This document shows positions 1 to 10,932 of a stretch of 64,000 nucleotides of DNA, piece after piece. The position numbers and the translations under genes were made by a program. Every line of letters starts with the position of its first letter. Positions within the stretch are counted from its first letter, which is position 1. The stretch spans positions 64,001-128,000 of the forward strand of contig JANNVQ010000014.1 of assembly GCA_031414535.1 (NCBI GenBank), in the 5' to 3' direction. The notes under the pieces were generated by a model. It was not told the DNA's origin. It ran no database searches and worked only from the letters and a program-made list of their open reading frames with translations. The DNA is from Gemmatimonas sp. Its GTDB lineage: Bacteria; Gemmatimonadota; Gemmatimonadetes; Gemmatimonadales; Gemmatimonadaceae.

Positions 1-2
1 GC

Positions 3-737
3 CACTTTGTGGCCGTGCTCCAGTACGCTCTGCGGTAGCGATCGGCCCGCGCGCACAAAGAGCACTCCCAACACCAGCATCCAGAGTGGCAGCACCCAGT
101 TATTCAGTTCCGCGACCACGGCGACCGCCGGCGTGACGTTCCGCCACATTGCGATGAAGCCAGCGAATGCGGCGAAGCCGCCAGCGTAGGCACTCCAGCG
201 CGGCAGAACGCTTGAGCGCAGCGTCCCTACCGCAATCACGAGGAAGTAAGCGCCGAGTGTGAGTTCTCCAATGAATTCGCCGAGATAGTTGCCGAGGTAG
301 CTGTTGAGGCCATCGAATACCGCGGTAATCGCGGCGCGCTGCATCTCATCCGATGTCCCCACGTACGCGTTTGCGAGGGACCAATGGATGCTCGGCCAGC
401 GCAGTAGGCCCAGCATCAGTGCAGCGGCGGAGAAGGCTGCGAGCACGAGGGCGGCGCGGCCCAGCGATGGCGTCCGCTCGTGCAGCGCCGCTTGGGCACC
501 GATGCCCGCAGGTAGAAGGAGCAGTGGGATGAGGGCATAGAACGCCCACACAGCACGACCTTCACTGCCCATGGAAAGGAGGGCAGGAAGCACATCAGCG
601 GCCGCGCCGTCGAGAACATCGGGATATGCGAACTTCGCGGCGAGGTAGCTGAACACCCCAATGAACGAGAATGCCGCGATGATCAGCGACCATCCGGCTG
701 CCTTCACGGCGCTACCCTGTGGATTCGCTCCGTTCAT
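3..737 (-). CDS. DUF4386-like multi-pass membrane protein (runs off the left edge, 3' partial)
   Basis: Not in the ORF track because there is no stop in the window. Read by hand from ATG 737, which overlaps the TGA of the upstream gene (ATGA): MNGANPQGSAVKAAGWSLIIAAFSFIGVFSYLAAKFAYPDVL...LGLLRWP...FDGLNSYLGNYLGEFIGE...; several hydrophobic helices. Confidence 0.7.
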   Translation of the reverse strand, partial: MNGANPQGSAVKAAGWSLIIAAFSFIGVFSYLAAKFAYPDVLDGAAADVLPALLSMGSEGRAVWAFYALIPLLLLPAGIGAQAALHERTPSLGRAALVLAAFSAAALMLGLLRWPSIHWSLANAYVGTSDEMQRAAITAVFDGLNSYLGNYLGEFIGELTLGAYFLVIAVGTLRSSVLPRWSAYAGGFAAFAGFIAMWRNVTPAVAVVAELNNWVLPLWMLVLGVLFVRAGRSLPQSVLEHGHKV

Positions 738-1207
738 CGCGCCCGTCCGAGGCGCACATCAAAGCCAACCGTTGGATTCACACGAACCTCGCCATCGAAT
801 GTGGTCAGTACGCCAACACCGAGGCGAAAGGCCGCGCGGCGAGCAAACGGCATGCGAAGGCCTAGGTCCGAGAGAATGCCATTGTCCCAGTCATCGTCAA
901 CGCTGAACAGGAGCGACGGAGCGAAGTACGGCGTCCATCCGGAGGACCGCAGGTAGGCAGCGGCACCGATGCGAATAAAGTTGGTGTTCTCACCCTCGGA
1001 CTGGCCGTCGGCCGTGATGATGGTGGGATAGAACCCCGCGTGGACGCCGAAGCGCTCGCCGCGCCATTCGAGACCGGTAGCGGGATTGCGAAAGATCGTG
1101 AGATAGAGACCACCCGCTACTGGAACCACTGGCGCTTGGGCGGCCGCGGTACTCGAAGCGAGCGGAAGCGCGAACAGGACGAGGACGGTGCGGAAGAGAC
1201 GGGACAT
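734..1207 (-). CDS. Secreted/outer-membrane hypothetical protein (possible small beta-barrel)
   Basis: Signal peptide (MSRLFRTVLVLFALPLASSTAAA-Q), alternating amphipathic beta-strand pattern, GGAG RBS upstream, coupled to the downstream gene. Confidence 0.65.
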   Translation of the reverse strand: MSRLFRTVLVLFALPLASSTAAAQAPVVPVAGGLYLTIFRNPATGLEWRGERFGVHAGFYPTIITADGQSEGENTNFIRIGAAAYLRSSGWTPYFAPSLLFSVDDDWDNGILSDLGLRMPFARRAAFRLGVGVLTTFDGEVRVNPTVGFDVRLGRAR

Positions 1208-1294
1208 CGGTTGGCTCCAGGGCCGCGTGAGGGAGATGCGCCGGGAGTCAGCGCGATCACATCACAATGATTGGGGATCAGGGTCTCAGTGACG

Positions 1295-1332
1295 TTGACG
1301 TCTTGCGCCAAGGGGTTGACCTTTCCTGCCAA
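1295..1332. promoter_or_regulatory. Tandem 17-bp direct repeat, putative AraC-family binding site
   Basis: TTGACGTCTTGCGCCAA (1295-1311) and TTGACCTTTCCTGCCAA (1316-1332), 21-bp period, in the divergent gap between the AraC gene and the 157-aa gene. Confidence 0.55.
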
Positions 1333-1354
1333 CCTTGAGCGTCGTGGGAGGCAA

Positions 1355-2401
1355 ATGGCGCGGTTCACTGTGGCGGCTTCGGTGATGATTGACCTCGCCC
1401 AACAGCTTGCGGCCGATGGTATTCCCAGCGGTCGGCTCTGCGACCGCGCGGGTGTGGACCCGAGCTTTCTCACGCGGCCACACGACCGGGTCTCCGCCGT
1501 GGACGCGGATCGCATCTGGAGTGCCGCCGTCGCGCTCAGTGGCGATTTACTCCTGGGATTGCACCTCGCCGAGCGCTACCGTGAAGGGGCGCTGAACATC
1601 CTCGGATACGTACTGCTGAACTGTGAGGATGCCGCAGCGGCGCTCGAGTGCCTGAGGCGCTATGCTGCGCTTTTGAATGACGGCTTGTCGGTGCGAGTGG
1701 AGGTAACTGACCACAGGTCCTCGGTGGTGCTCGAGGCAGTCGCTGGAGCCGAGAATCCATTGCTGGCCGATGGTCGTCACGTCTTCGAGACGATGGCGAC
1801 CGGGATAGTGCTCACGCTGCGGCGCCTGACGGGCCAGCGCTTCATTGCACATGAGGTGAGTTTCCGCCACGCTGCTGCCGGTACGCTCTCGGAGTATCAT
1901 CGCGTCTTCGGGACCGTCGTGCGCTTCGGCGCCGCGCGTACGCAATTGGTCTTTGCCCGCGCCGAACTTGCGGCTCCGGTGTTGAGCGCCGATGCAACCC
2001 TGTTGCCAGTGCTGGAGGGTCACGCGCGTGAGCGCCTCCGTGCACTGGAGCGCGATGGTGACACCAGTCGGCGCGTCTTGCGTGAGATTGCACCTCGTCT
2101 GACGGGTACCGCGCCGAGCGTTACGACCATCGCTCGAGCCATCGCGATGAGCTCACGCGCAATGCAGCGAGCGCTACAGGCCGAAGGGAGTTCTTTTCAG
2201 CGCACCCTAGATGAAGCGCGGCAAGCAGTCGCTGAGCGGCAACTTCGCGTACCGGGCGTGACGGCGTCGGAAGTCGCGCTGCTCCTGGGATACTCGGAGA
2301 CAAGCGCGTTTACGCGTGCCTTCCGTCGTTGGACTGGAAAGACACCGTCAGCATGGGCAACTTCTGCAGGAAACGAGTCCGAGAGCATCACCGCGCGCTA
2401 A
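1355..2401 (+). CDS. AraC-family transcriptional regulator (OruR/ArgR-like N-terminal domain)
   Basis: C-terminal double HTH (MSSRAMQRALQAEGSSF...EVALLLGYSETSAFTRAFRRWTGKTP). Start moved to ATG 1355 (GGGAGG RBS). Confidence 0.9.
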   Translation: MARFTVAASVMIDLAQQLAADGIPSGRLCDRAGVDPSFLTRPHDRVSAVDADRIWSAAVALSGDLLLGLHLAERYREGALNILGYVLLNCEDAAAALECLRRYAALLNDGLSVRVEVTDHRSSVVLEAVAGAENPLLADGRHVFETMATGIVLTLRRLTGQRFIAHEVSFRHAAAGTLSEYHRVFGTVVRFGAARTQLVFARAELAAPVLSADATLLPVLEGHARERLRALERDGDTSRRVLREIAPRLTGTAPSVTTIARAIAMSSRAMQRALQAEGSSFQRTLDEARQAVAERQLRVPGVTASEVALLLGYSETSAFTRAFRRWTGKTPSAWATSAGNESESITAR

Positions 2402-2436
2402 GTCGCAATCCGTCAACCGCCCTCACCAATTCATCA

Positions 2437-3759
2437 ATGCGCCACACCCTCCTTGCCCTGCTCGGCCTCGTGGCCGTCCTCACGTCAGCCACGCCGGCGT
2501 CCGCACAGTCGCACCTCGAGGCCCGCAATCGCTGGGCCCGCCTCTGTGAGATGCGACGCGAGAAGTTTGACCGCATCCTCCCCGAGGCAATGCGCGAGAA
2601 CGGCATCGATATGTGGATCGTAGCAATGCGCGAAGGGCACCACGACCCCCTCTGGGAACTCCTCGGGCGCGGCTACGTCGGCACCACCGGCTACTACATC
2701 TTCACCGACCGCGGCGGCGATCGCATTGAGCGCGTCGCCGTTGACATCACCGACCACAACCGCAGCGCCTGCGGCGCCTACGACCTCGAGCTCTCCGGCA
2801 CTGATCTCGGCGCCTTCGTGCGCGAGCGAAATCCGCGCAAGATTGGCCTCAACATGTCCACCGAGATGGGGATGGCGGACGGCCTCTCGTACACGATGCA
2901 CGCCAATATCGTGCGGGCGCTCGGACCGACGCTCGCAACGCGCCTCGTCTCAGCCGAGAAGCTTGTGTCGGACTTCAGCTCCCGTCGCGTGGCCAGCGAG
3001 CTCGTGGCGTTTGGTGATGCCACCGAGATGGGGCGGCAAATCGCCGAGCGCGCGCTCTCCAACGAGGTCATCACCCCGGGCGTCACTACGCTCGCCGAAG
3101 TGGCGTGGTGGATCCAAGAGCAGCAACTCCAACGCGGACTCGGCTCCTCATTTGAAGTCCCGAGCATTTACGTGACGGGGCCCAATGGGATTGAGGCAAC
3201 TTCCAACGACCGCATCATCCAGCGCGGCGACATCGTGATGATGGATTTTGGCGTGGGCTACCTCAATATGTGGACTGATCAGAAGCGGATTGCGTACGTG
3301 CTTAAGCCCGGCGAGGTGGCGCTTCCGGCGAGTATCCAGCGCGCGTTCGATCAAGCGGTCAGAGTTCGCGAGGTAATCCGGCGCACGGCCCGACCCGGCG
3401 CCACGGCGCAGGTCATGATGGACTCCGTGAATGCCGCGATTGTGGCCGCTGGATTCACCGCGATGCGCGGCTTCAACCAAGTGCGCGACGATGCGACCAC
3501 CGAGTTCATCATTGGCTGCCACTCCGTGGGTGACTGGGGGCACGGGATTGGGCCGTCGATGGCGTTCTTCAATCCGGGACGGCTGAAGTTCGAGATCCGG
3601 CCCTCCAACCTGTTCTCGATTGAGCTATTTGCGTATACGCCTATCCCCGAGTGGGGCGGGAAGAAGCTGCGGATTCCGCTCGAGGACGACGCCGTGGTGA
3701 CGTCGCGTGGCGTGGAGTGGTTGTCGCCAATCAACCATCGGATTCAGTTGATTCGATAG
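2437..3759 (+). CDS. Secreted M24-family metallopeptidase (Xaa-Pro aminopeptidase-like)
   Basis: Signal peptide from ATG 2437. Pita-bread fold metal ligands: MDFG...WTDQKR, HSVGDWGH, SIELF, LEDD. Confidence 0.8.
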   Translation: MRHTLLALLGLVAVLTSATPASAQSHLEARNRWARLCEMRREKFDRILPEAMRENGIDMWIVAMREGHHDPLWELLGRGYVGTTGYYIFTDRGGDRIERVAVDITDHNRSACGAYDLELSGTDLGAFVRERNPRKIGLNMSTEMGMADGLSYTMHANIVRALGPTLATRLVSAEKLVSDFSSRRVASELVAFGDATEMGRQIAERALSNEVITPGVTTLAEVAWWIQEQQLQRGLGSSFEVPSIYVTGPNGIEATSNDRIIQRGDIVMMDFGVGYLNMWTDQKRIAYVLKPGEVALPASIQRAFDQAVRVREVIRRTARPGATAQVMMDSVNAAIVAAGFTAMRGFNQVRDDATTEFIIGCHSVGDWGHGIGPSMAFFNPGRLKFEIRPSNLFSIELFAYTPIPEWGGKKLRIPLEDDAVVTSRGVEWLSPINHRIQLIR

Positions 3760-3773
3760 ACACGCGAGTCGAG

Positions 3774-4829
3774 CTAGGCCGCAATCCGTCGGTGCCGTCC
3801 CACCAGCGGCATCACCTGCGCGGCGAATCGCTCCATCTCCTCCAACTGCGGGCTGCACTGCAACAGCAAGAGATCAACCCCAACTTTCCCGAGCGCATGC
3901 ACGCGTTCGGCGACCTGCTCTGCTGTGCCAATCAGCCCGGTGCGCAGTCCACGATTGGACACCGAGTAGTCCTGCACGCTGAGTTGTTGATCGAGCTGGG
4001 TGTTGGCAATCCAGTCCTGGAAGTTGCCGTAGCCAGGTGAGTGCTCTGCCACGTTGGTGATGCGTGCGAGCTCTTGCTGCACCTCGCGTTCGTTGTCGCG
4101 CACGATAGCGTACGCGGCTACGCCAAACTGCATCGGCGGCAATCCGGCACGTTCGCGGCGCGCGCGCAGATCGGCAATCTTCGGTGCAAGGCGCTCCGGG
4201 GTGTCTCCGTGCATCACGTAGGCATCGCAGCGCGTGCTGATGAGCGTCTTGGCAGCCTCCGATTCACCGCCGGCATAGAGCGGCGGACGCGGGCGCGACA
4301 GACTGCGCAGTGGCGGCGGTTGCACCACCAGCTCATCCACTTGGTAGTACTTGCCATTGAAGCTCACGCTCGGCTCCGACCACGCGCGCGAGAGCACTTC
4401 GAGCCATTCGGCGGTGCGCGCGTAGCGGTCATCGTGTTCATCGAAGGTGCTGCCATAGCGACGCGCTTCGTCCTTCCACCAGCTCGACACCACATTGAGC
4501 GAGAGACGCCCATTGCTGATGTGATCGATGTTGGCCGCCTGCTTGGCCAACTGTGCGGGGTGATGGTAGCTAGGGCGCACCGCCACCATCAGCTCTAGCG
4601 AATGCGTCACCGCGGCGAGTGCGGCGGCCGTGCTCCAGGCATCCATCGCGGGCGCATTCACACCCTTGATGTCGTTCAGGAACAGCTCGGCGATGAGCGT
4701 GAGGTCGTAGCCGAGCTCTTCACTGCGCCGCGCGAGGCGCTGAACGTAGTTCCAGGTGGACTCCATGCCCTCGTCCTCAACGTTCCGCAGCCAACCGCCG
4801 AAGACCGGTAACCAATATCCGTAGCGCAT
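3774..4829 (-). CDS. LLM-class flavin-dependent monooxygenase (SfnG/SsuD-like)
   Basis: YWLPVFGGWL, AKQAANIDHISNGRLSLNVVS, DDRYARTAEW, LYAGGESE and GLIGTAEQVAER are luciferase-like monooxygenase motifs. Confidence 0.85.
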   Translation of the reverse strand: MRYGYWLPVFGGWLRNVEDEGMESTWNYVQRLARRSEELGYDLTLIAELFLNDIKGVNAPAMDAWSTAAALAAVTHSLELMVAVRPSYHHPAQLAKQAANIDHISNGRLSLNVVSSWWKDEARRYGSTFDEHDDRYARTAEWLEVLSRAWSEPSVSFNGKYYQVDELVVQPPPLRSLSRPRPPLYAGGESEAAKTLISTRCDAYVMHGDTPERLAPKIADLRARRERAGLPPMQFGVAAYAIVRDNEREVQQELARITNVAEHSPGYGNFQDWIANTQLDQQLSVQDYSVSNRGLRTGLIGTAEQVAERVHALGKVGVDLLLLQCSPQLEEMERFAAQVMPLVGRHRRIAA

Positions 4830-5800
4830 TAGCGCACCCCGGCGAGCAGTCCGGCCCGCTGCTCAAGCGCGTCAACGAGTGGCTGCCAGGGATCGAAGCC
4901 GATGACATTGGGCGCATCGGCGACGAAGTTGGAAAGTGCGTTGACGTCGTAGTAGTAGTGCTGGCCGTCGCGATCATCCACGAGCAACTCGATGCCGCCA
5001 ACATCCAACTGCGCCGCCTGCGCGATGGCTTCCACCTGCGCAATGATTGCATCGCTGGGGCGCGTGCCTTCCACCCGCATGCCTGTCTTGGGCGCGTCAA
5101 TGGCGCAGGCGCCGCGCACGAGTTCCACGCCATTCGTGGTCTGGCAGGCATCGGCGGGGCAGAGGTCAAACGAGCCCGTGGCCGGATGCACATTAATGGC
5201 ATAGAGGAACTTGCCGTTCAGCGTCTCCACTCGCGTGATGTGTCCGTTGCGCAGTGGTGCGGACTCTTGCACCAGCGCAACGCCGTCCACGCCGAGCTGC
5301 ACTTCGCCGCGCGCGGTGGCATCGCGCAGGGCCTCGGGCGTGTCGTAGCGCACGATGCCGGCTCCGCTGCCTCCAATGTTGGCCTTCACCAGCACCGGAA
5401 AGCGCAAACCTTCTGCGGCCTTGGGCGCGAGTGCCGGGTTATTGATCACGCGGCTGGCTGGGAACGGCAGCCCCAGCTTGGACAGCAGGCCAAGCTGCGT
5501 GGCCTTGGACAACTCAAGCGAGTACACGCCAGAGCCGTTCACCACGGGAACGCCGAGCCGTTCTACGTGATGCAGCCAGTGCAACGTGGAGAACAGACTG
5601 TTGCCGTGCCCGCGCAGGTAGGCGCTGGGGCTCGCCCGGTTGAAGACCAGGGAGTATGGCAGGTCTGTCTCTGAAGGGTCGAACGCGTGCGCATCGGCGG
5701 CTAGGCGTTCGTAGGGGAGGCCGCGGCGCTCAAGTTCAGTGAAGAGCGGACGGAACCAGTCGGGGTGCTCATAGAGCACAGCAATCGGACGGTGAGACAC
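4829..5800 (-). CDS. ATP-grasp (RimK/GshB-like) ligase
   Basis: FPVLVKANIGGSGAGI, LVQE, DVGGIE, YYDVNALSNF. TAATG overlap with the LLM gene. Probable GTG start at 5800; the ORF extends to 5851. Confidence 0.8.
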   Translation of the reverse strand: MSHRPIAVLYEHPDWFRPLFTELERRGLPYERLAADAHAFDPSETDLPYSLVFNRASPSAYLRGHGNSLFSTLHWLHHVERLGVPVVNGSGVYSLELSKATQLGLLSKLGLPFPASRVINNPALAPKAAEGLRFPVLVKANIGGSGAGIVRYDTPEALRDATARGEVQLGVDGVALVQESAPLRNGHITRVETLNGKFLYAINVHPATGSFDLCPADACQTTNGVELVRGACAIDAPKTGMRVEGTRPSDAIIAQVEAIAQAAQLDVGGIELLVDDRDGQHYYYDVNALSNFVADAPNVIGFDPWQPLVDALEQRAGLLAGVR

Positions 5801-6059
5801 AGGCAACTCAGGGCGAAGGATTTCGCCGACCCACACGAAAAAGCCCGGCAAGCAAAGGCGCCGCCGGGCACTCGCGTTTTAGCTCCTTGTTTAACGTGGC
5901 GGCAATAGGCGGCAAAAGACCACGGGGACAATCAGTTGGAAGGAGGATAAAGCCGCCGCAGACCGAGGTCAAGTGAGCCGGCATGGGCACGGGCAAAGTC
6001 GCTGGCAAAACGCCATATTTGTTGGGTCTGCACTCCTAGTGTCTCCCTGACGTTTTGAG

Positions 6060-8534
6060 ATGACCACGATTTTGCCTGAGCAAGCTTTGGCGGCTGATTC
6101 CGCCGAGGCCGACGCCGTCGCATCGTTCCGCACCGCCATCCTCGACAAGCTCGTCACGTCGGTGGGCAAAGACGCGCCGCACGCGCGGCCGCGCGACTGG
6201 CTGGTTGCGACGTCATTGGCGGCTCGCGATCACGTCATTCACAATTGGATGGACGCCACGCGCCGTACCTATGCGTCCAACGCCAAGCGAGTCTATTACT
6301 TCTCGCTGGAGTTCCTCATTGGCCGCATGCTCGGCGACGCCCTCAACAACATGGGCCTCACCGAAGTGGCGCGTCAGGCGCTCGCGGAACTTGGACAGGA
6401 CCTCGATACCATCCGTGAGATTGAACCGGATCCTGCGCTTGGCAACGGCGGACTCGGACGCCTCGCCGCCTGCTTTATGGAAAGCATGGCCACGTTGGGC
6501 ATCCCTGCCTACGGCTACGGTATCCGTTACGCGCACGGCATCTTTCGCCAGCAGCTGCGCGATGGCTGGCAGGTAGAGTTGCCGGAGGATTGGCTGACGG
6601 GCGGAAACCCTTGGGAGTTTGAGCGGCCAGAGGTGGCATACACGGTGGGCTTTGGGGGCTCCGTCGAGCAGGTAGTGGATGAGATGGGCCACACCCGTGC
6701 CGTCTGGAAGCCAGCCGATCAAGTGAAGGCCTTGGCCTACGACACACCGATTACGGGTTGGCGCGGCGCGCACGTCAATACGCTGCGCCTCTGGCGTGCC
6801 CGCGCGATGGATCCGATTCAACTCGAGGATTTCAATCGCGGCGATCACGTGGGCGCGCTCGCGGACCGCATGCGCCTCGAAGCGATTTCGCGGGTGCTCT
6901 ACCCCAGCGACGAGACCGCCGCGGGGCAGGAGCTACGCCTGCGGCAAGAGATGTTCTTCGCCAGCGCCTCATTGCAGGATTTGCTGCGCCGGCATAAGCG
7001 CCAGCACGGCACGCTCAACACCCTGCCCGACCACGTCGCCATTCAGCTCAACGATACGCACCCGGTAATTGCCATCCCGGAGTTGATGCGCCTGCTGATG
7101 GACGAGCATGGCATGCCTTGGGAGCGGGCGTGGGAGATTGTGCGCTCGGTGTTCAACTACACCAACCACACACTGCTCCCAGAGGCCCTGGAGAAGTGGT
7201 CGGTGTCGCTGATGGAAAGTTTGCTGCCGCGTCACATGCAGATCATCTATCTCATCAACGCTGAGCACCTCGACGCGCTGCGCATGCGTGGCGGTATCCC
7301 GGCGGCTCAGCTCTCCACGGTATCCTTGATTGAGGAGAACGGTTCGCGCTCGGTGCGGATGGGCAACTTGGCCTTCCTCGCCGCCCGCCGAGTGAACGGC
7401 GTGTCAGCGCTGCACACCGATCTGATGAAGCGCACGGTGTTCGCCGATTATCACGCGCTCTACCCCGAGCGCATCTGCAACAAAACGAACGGCATCACCT
7501 TCCGTCGCTGGTTGATGGAAGCCAACCCAGAATTGACACGGCTCATCTCCGACGCCATCGGTCCGAAGTTCAAGGACGACTTTGAGCGCTTACGGGACCT
7601 TGAACCATTCGCCGACGATGCCGCATTCCGCGAGCGCTTCATTGCCATGCGACTACGCAAGAAGCAGGCCCTCGCGAGCAAGATTATGTCTGAGCTCGGC
7701 GTGCGCGTGGATCCCGAGGCGATGTTCGATGTGCAGATCAAGCGCATCCACGAATACAAGCGTCAGCTGCTCAACATCCTTGAGACCGTCGCCATCTACA
7801 ACGCCATGCGCGCGCGGCCGCACGAGGATTGGGTGCCGCGGGTTCGCGTACTCGCCGGCAAGGCGGCGGCGGGCTACCACACGGCCAAGCTCATCATCAA
7901 GCTCGCCAACGACGTAGCCAAGGTCATCAATCGCGACCCCGTCATCCGCGACCGCTTGAAGCTGGTGTTCATGCCGAACTACAACGTGAGCCTCGCCGAG
8001 CGCATCATCCCGGCGGCGGACCTCTCTGAGCAAATTTCTACGGCCGGCATGGAAGCCTCGGGCACAGGCAACATGAAGTTCGCGCTCAATGGTGCGCTGA
8101 CCATTGGCACGCTCGACGGCGCGAACATCGAGATCCGCGAGCACGTGGGTGAGGAGAACATCTTCATCTTCGGCTTGCTGGCCGACGAAGTGACGGAGCG
8201 CCGGAAAAAGGGATTGGATATGGAGGAGACGATTGCCGCATCGTCTTCACTGGCGCAGGCGCTTCAGGACCTTGAGCAAGGCGTGTTCTCGCCCGACGAC
8301 CGCAATCGGTATCGCGGACTCGTCCAGCAACTGCGGCATCACGATCACTTCTTGGTCTGCGCGGATTTTGATTCGTATCACGGCCGCCAGTACGAGGTGG
8401 CGCGGGAGTGGCAGCAGCCGGCCAAGTGGTGGCGGAAGGCCGTGCTAAACACCTCGCGCATGGCTTGGTTCTCCTCCGATCGCACCATCCGCGAGTATGC
8501 CGCGGAGATCTGGCGTGTCGAAGCCGTCCGATAG
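6060..8534 (+). CDS. glgP: Glycogen/starch phosphorylase (GT35)
   Basis: [32 protein letters not shown] and the PLP-lysine motif [10 protein letters not shown]. Confidence 0.97.
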   Translation: MTTILPEQALAADSAEADAVASFRTAILDKLVTSVGKDAPHARPRDWLVATSLAARDHVIHNWMDATRRTYASNAKRVYYFSLEFLIGRMLGDALNNMGLTEVARQALAELGQDLDTIREIEPDPALGNGGLGRLAACFMESMATLGIPAYGYGIRYAHGIFRQQLRDGWQVELPEDWLTGGNPWEFERPEVAYTVGFGGSVEQVVDEMGHTRAVWKPADQVKALAYDTPITGWRGAHVNTLRLWRARAMDPIQLEDFNRGDHVGALADRMRLEAISRVLYPSDETAAGQELRLRQEMFFASASLQDLLRRHKRQHGTLNTLPDHVAIQLNDTHPVIAIPELMRLLMDEHGMPWERAWEIVRSVFNYTNHTLLPEALEKWSVSLMESLLPRHMQIIYLINAEHLDALRMRGGIPAAQLSTVSLIEENGSRSVRMGNLAFLAARRVNGVSALHTDLMKRTVFADYHALYPERICNKTNGITFRRWLMEANPELTRLISDAIGPKFKDDFERLRDLEPFADDAAFRERFIAMRLRKKQALASKIMSELGVRVDPEAMFDVQIKRIHEYKRQLLNILETVAIYNAMRARPHEDWVPRVRVLAGKAAAGYHTAKLIIKLANDVAKVINRDPVIRDRLKLVFMPNYNVSLAERIIPAADLSEQISTAGMEASGTGNMKFALNGALTIGTLDGANIEIREHVGEENIFIFGLLADEVTERRKKGLDMEETIAASSSLAQALQDLEQGVFSPDDRNRYRGLVQQLRHHDHFLVCADFDSYHGRQYEVAREWQQPAKWWRKAVLNTSRMAWFSSDRTIREYAAEIWRVEAVR

Positions 8535-10914
8535 GGACGACGCGCCGAAGAAGAAGACGGCTGCCAAGCAAAAGGCAGCCGTGACGACAAGTGCGGCTAA
8601 GAAGGCTCCGGCTAAGAAGGCTCCGGCTAAGAAGGCTCCGGCTAAGAAAGCTCCGGCTAAGAAAGCTCCGGTCAAGAAGGCTTCGGCTAAGAAGTCGGCG
8701 TTAAAGTTGCGCGCCGCCGCAACGCCAGACACTCCAGCGTCCTCGCTCGATTCTGCCGCAGTCGCCGCCCTGATTGCGGGCAGGCACGCCGATCCCTTCT
8801 CCGTGCTCGGCATTCATATAGAACAGGGCGCCACTGTGCTGCGCGCCTTCGTGCCTGGCGCAGAAGGGCTTGAGGCCATCGACGCGCTCGGCAATGTGCT
8901 CGCGCGTCTGACACGCGTTCACGCCGAAGGACTCTTCGAGGGCCCAATCGAAGGGCGGCCCGCATACCGCTTGCTCGCGCGCCGCGACGCAGAATCGTGG
9001 TCGCTCGGCGACCCCTACGCGTTCGGGCCCGTGCTGGGCCCAATGGATGACTGGCTCATCGGCGAGGGCACGCACGCGCAGCTCTACGATCGGCTTGGCG
9101 CGCATTGCATGGAGCACGAGGGCGTGCGCGGCACCCACTTTGCCGTCTGGGCGCCAAACGCCCAGCGGGTCTCCGTACTCGGTGACTTCAACCAGTGGGA
9201 TGGTCGGCGTCACTCCATGCGCCTGCGGCACAGCACCGGTGTGTGGGAGATCTTCGTTCCCGATGTTGGTGAGGCCGCGCTCTACAAGTACGAACTCATC
9301 GGACCCGATGGCTCACTGCTACCCTTGAAGGCAGATCCCGTTGGGTTTGCCGCAGAGCTGCGGCCCAACACCGCATCCGTCGTGCGCGACCTGTCTCGCA
9401 TCCGCTGGAATGACGCAGCGTGGATGCAGGAGCGCGGCGAGGGCGAGCAACGCCGAAAGCCGATGAGCACCTACGAGGTGCACCTCGGCTCTTGGCGCCG
9501 AGGAGAGGGCGAACGCTGGCTTAGCTACGATGAGCTGGCCGACCAGTTGATTCCTTACGCGACGGAGATGGGCTTCACGCATCTCGAGTTGATGCCGGTG
9601 AGCGAGCATCCGTTTGATGGCAGTTGGGGCTATCAACCGGTTGGGCTCTTTGCGCCTACGTCCCGCTTTGGTGATCCCGAGGCATTCGCACGCTTCGTAG
9701 ACCGCTGCCACGTGGCGGGCCTGGGCGTGATCATTGACTGGGTGCCGGCACACTTCCCCTCGGACGCGCACGGCCTGGCTCGCTTTGATGGTACCGCGCT
9801 TTACGAGCACGAGGATCCGCGGCTCGGCTTCCATCCCGACTGGAACACGCTGATCTACAATTTTGGCCGGCGTGAGGTGAGCAACTTCCTTATCGCCAAC
9901 GCGCTATTCTGGCTCGAGGTTTATCACATTGACGGCCTGCGTGTAGACGCCGTGGCCTCAATGCTCTACCTGGACTACTCGCGGAAGGAAGGCGAGTGGA
10001 TTCCCAACCAGCTGGGCGGTCGCGAGAATCTTGAGGCGGTGGATTTCCTACAACGCCTGAACGAGACGGTCTACGCTCGCGTACCCGGTGCCATCACGCT
10101 GGCTGAGGAGAGCACGGCGTGGAGCGGCGTCTCGCACCCCACGGACGCGGGTGGACTCGGGTTCGGGTTCAAGTGGAACATGGGGTGGATGCACGACACC
10201 CTAGAGTACATGCAGGAGGAGCCGGTCCACAGGCGCTGGCACCACGACAAGATGACCTTCGGCTTGGTGTACGCGTTCACGGAGAACTTCGTCCTGCCGC
10301 TTTCGCACGACGAAGTCGTGCACGGCAAGGGCTCACTGCTCGACCGGATGCCGGGCGACGCTTGGCAGAAGTTTGCGCAGCTCCGCGCGTACTACGGCTT
10401 TATGTGGGCGCATCCGGGCAAGAAGCTGCTGTTCATGGGTTGCGAGTTCGCGCAGGGCAAGGAATGGAACGTCGGCCACTCGCTGGACTGGCATCTGCTC
10501 GACATTGACCTACACCGAGGCGTGCAAGCGGTGGTGCGCGACTGCAATCACGGCCTGCGCGAGCACGCTGCGCTGTATGCGCGCGACTGCGAGGGCGAAG
10601 GCTTCCGGTGGATTGATGTGGATGACCGTGACAACTCCGTATTCGCGTGGCTGCGTTTCGGCGGCGATGGCACGCCGCCCCTAGCCTGCGTAACGAACAT
10701 GACACCCGTGCCGCGCGAGGGATATCGCATTGGCCTGCCGCGCACGGGTCGCTGGCGTGAAGTGCTCAACACCGATTCTGCCATCTACGGTGGCTCCAAT
10801 CTCGGAAACGGCGGCGCCATCCTCGCCGAGCCGAGGGCGAGCCACGGATTTGACGCCTCGGCTTCGCTCTTGCTCCCGCCCTTGTCCACGCTGTGGTTCG
10901 TTCACGAAGGCTAA
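8515..10914 (+). CDS. glgB: 1,4-alpha-glucan branching enzyme with a Lys/Ala/Pro-rich N-terminal tail
   Basis: [50 protein letters not shown]. Likely GTG start 8515 (GGAG RBS); alternative ATG 8497. Confidence 0.96.
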   Translation: MSKPSDRDDAPKKKTAAKQKAAVTTSAAKKAPAKKAPAKKAPAKKAPAKKAPVKKASAKKSALKLRAAATPDTPASSLDSAAVAALIAGRHADPFSVLGIHIEQGATVLRAFVPGAEGLEAIDALGNVLARLTRVHAEGLFEGPIEGRPAYRLLARRDAESWSLGDPYAFGPVLGPMDDWLIGEGTHAQLYDRLGAHCMEHEGVRGTHFAVWAPNAQRVSVLGDFNQWDGRRHSMRLRHSTGVWEIFVPDVGEAALYKYELIGPDGSLLPLKADPVGFAAELRPNTASVVRDLSRIRWNDAAWMQERGEGEQRRKPMSTYEVHLGSWRRGEGERWLSYDELADQLIPYATEMGFTHLELMPVSEHPFDGSWGYQPVGLFAPTSRFGDPEAFARFVDRCHVAGLGVIIDWVPAHFPSDAHGLARFDGTALYEHEDPRLGFHPDWNTLIYNFGRREVSNFLIANALFWLEVYHIDGLRVDAVASMLYLDYSRKEGEWIPNQLGGRENLEAVDFLQRLNETVYARVPGAITLAEESTAWSGVSHPTDAGGLGFGFKWNMGWMHDTLEYMQEEPVHRRWHHDKMTFGLVYAFTENFVLPLSHDEVVHGKGSLLDRMPGDAWQKFAQLRAYYGFMWAHPGKKLLFMGCEFAQGKEWNVGHSLDWHLLDIDLHRGVQAVVRDCNHGLREHAALYARDCEGEGFRWIDVDDRDNSVFAWLRFGGDGTPPLACVTNMTPVPREGYRIGLPRTGRWREVLNTDSAIYGGSNLGNGGAILAEPRASHGFDASASLLLPPLSTLWFVHEG
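8596..8700 (+). repeat. 7 x 15-bp in-frame tandem repeat (GCTAAGAAGGCTCCG) encoding AKKAP
   Basis: Three exact units, two with a single change and two degenerate units, read directly from the sequence. Confidence 0.95.
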
Positions 10915-10932
10915 TCCACGTGAGGCTGCACG

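Noticed and set aside
5960..6059. Possible sigma54 promoter (TGGCA) upstream of glgP
   Set aside because: No GC at the required -12 spacing.
8596..8700. Short tandem repeats (also 48940-49011) as a possible CRISPR array
   Set aside because: No spacers, unit lengths are multiples of 3 inside CDSs, and there are no cas genes.
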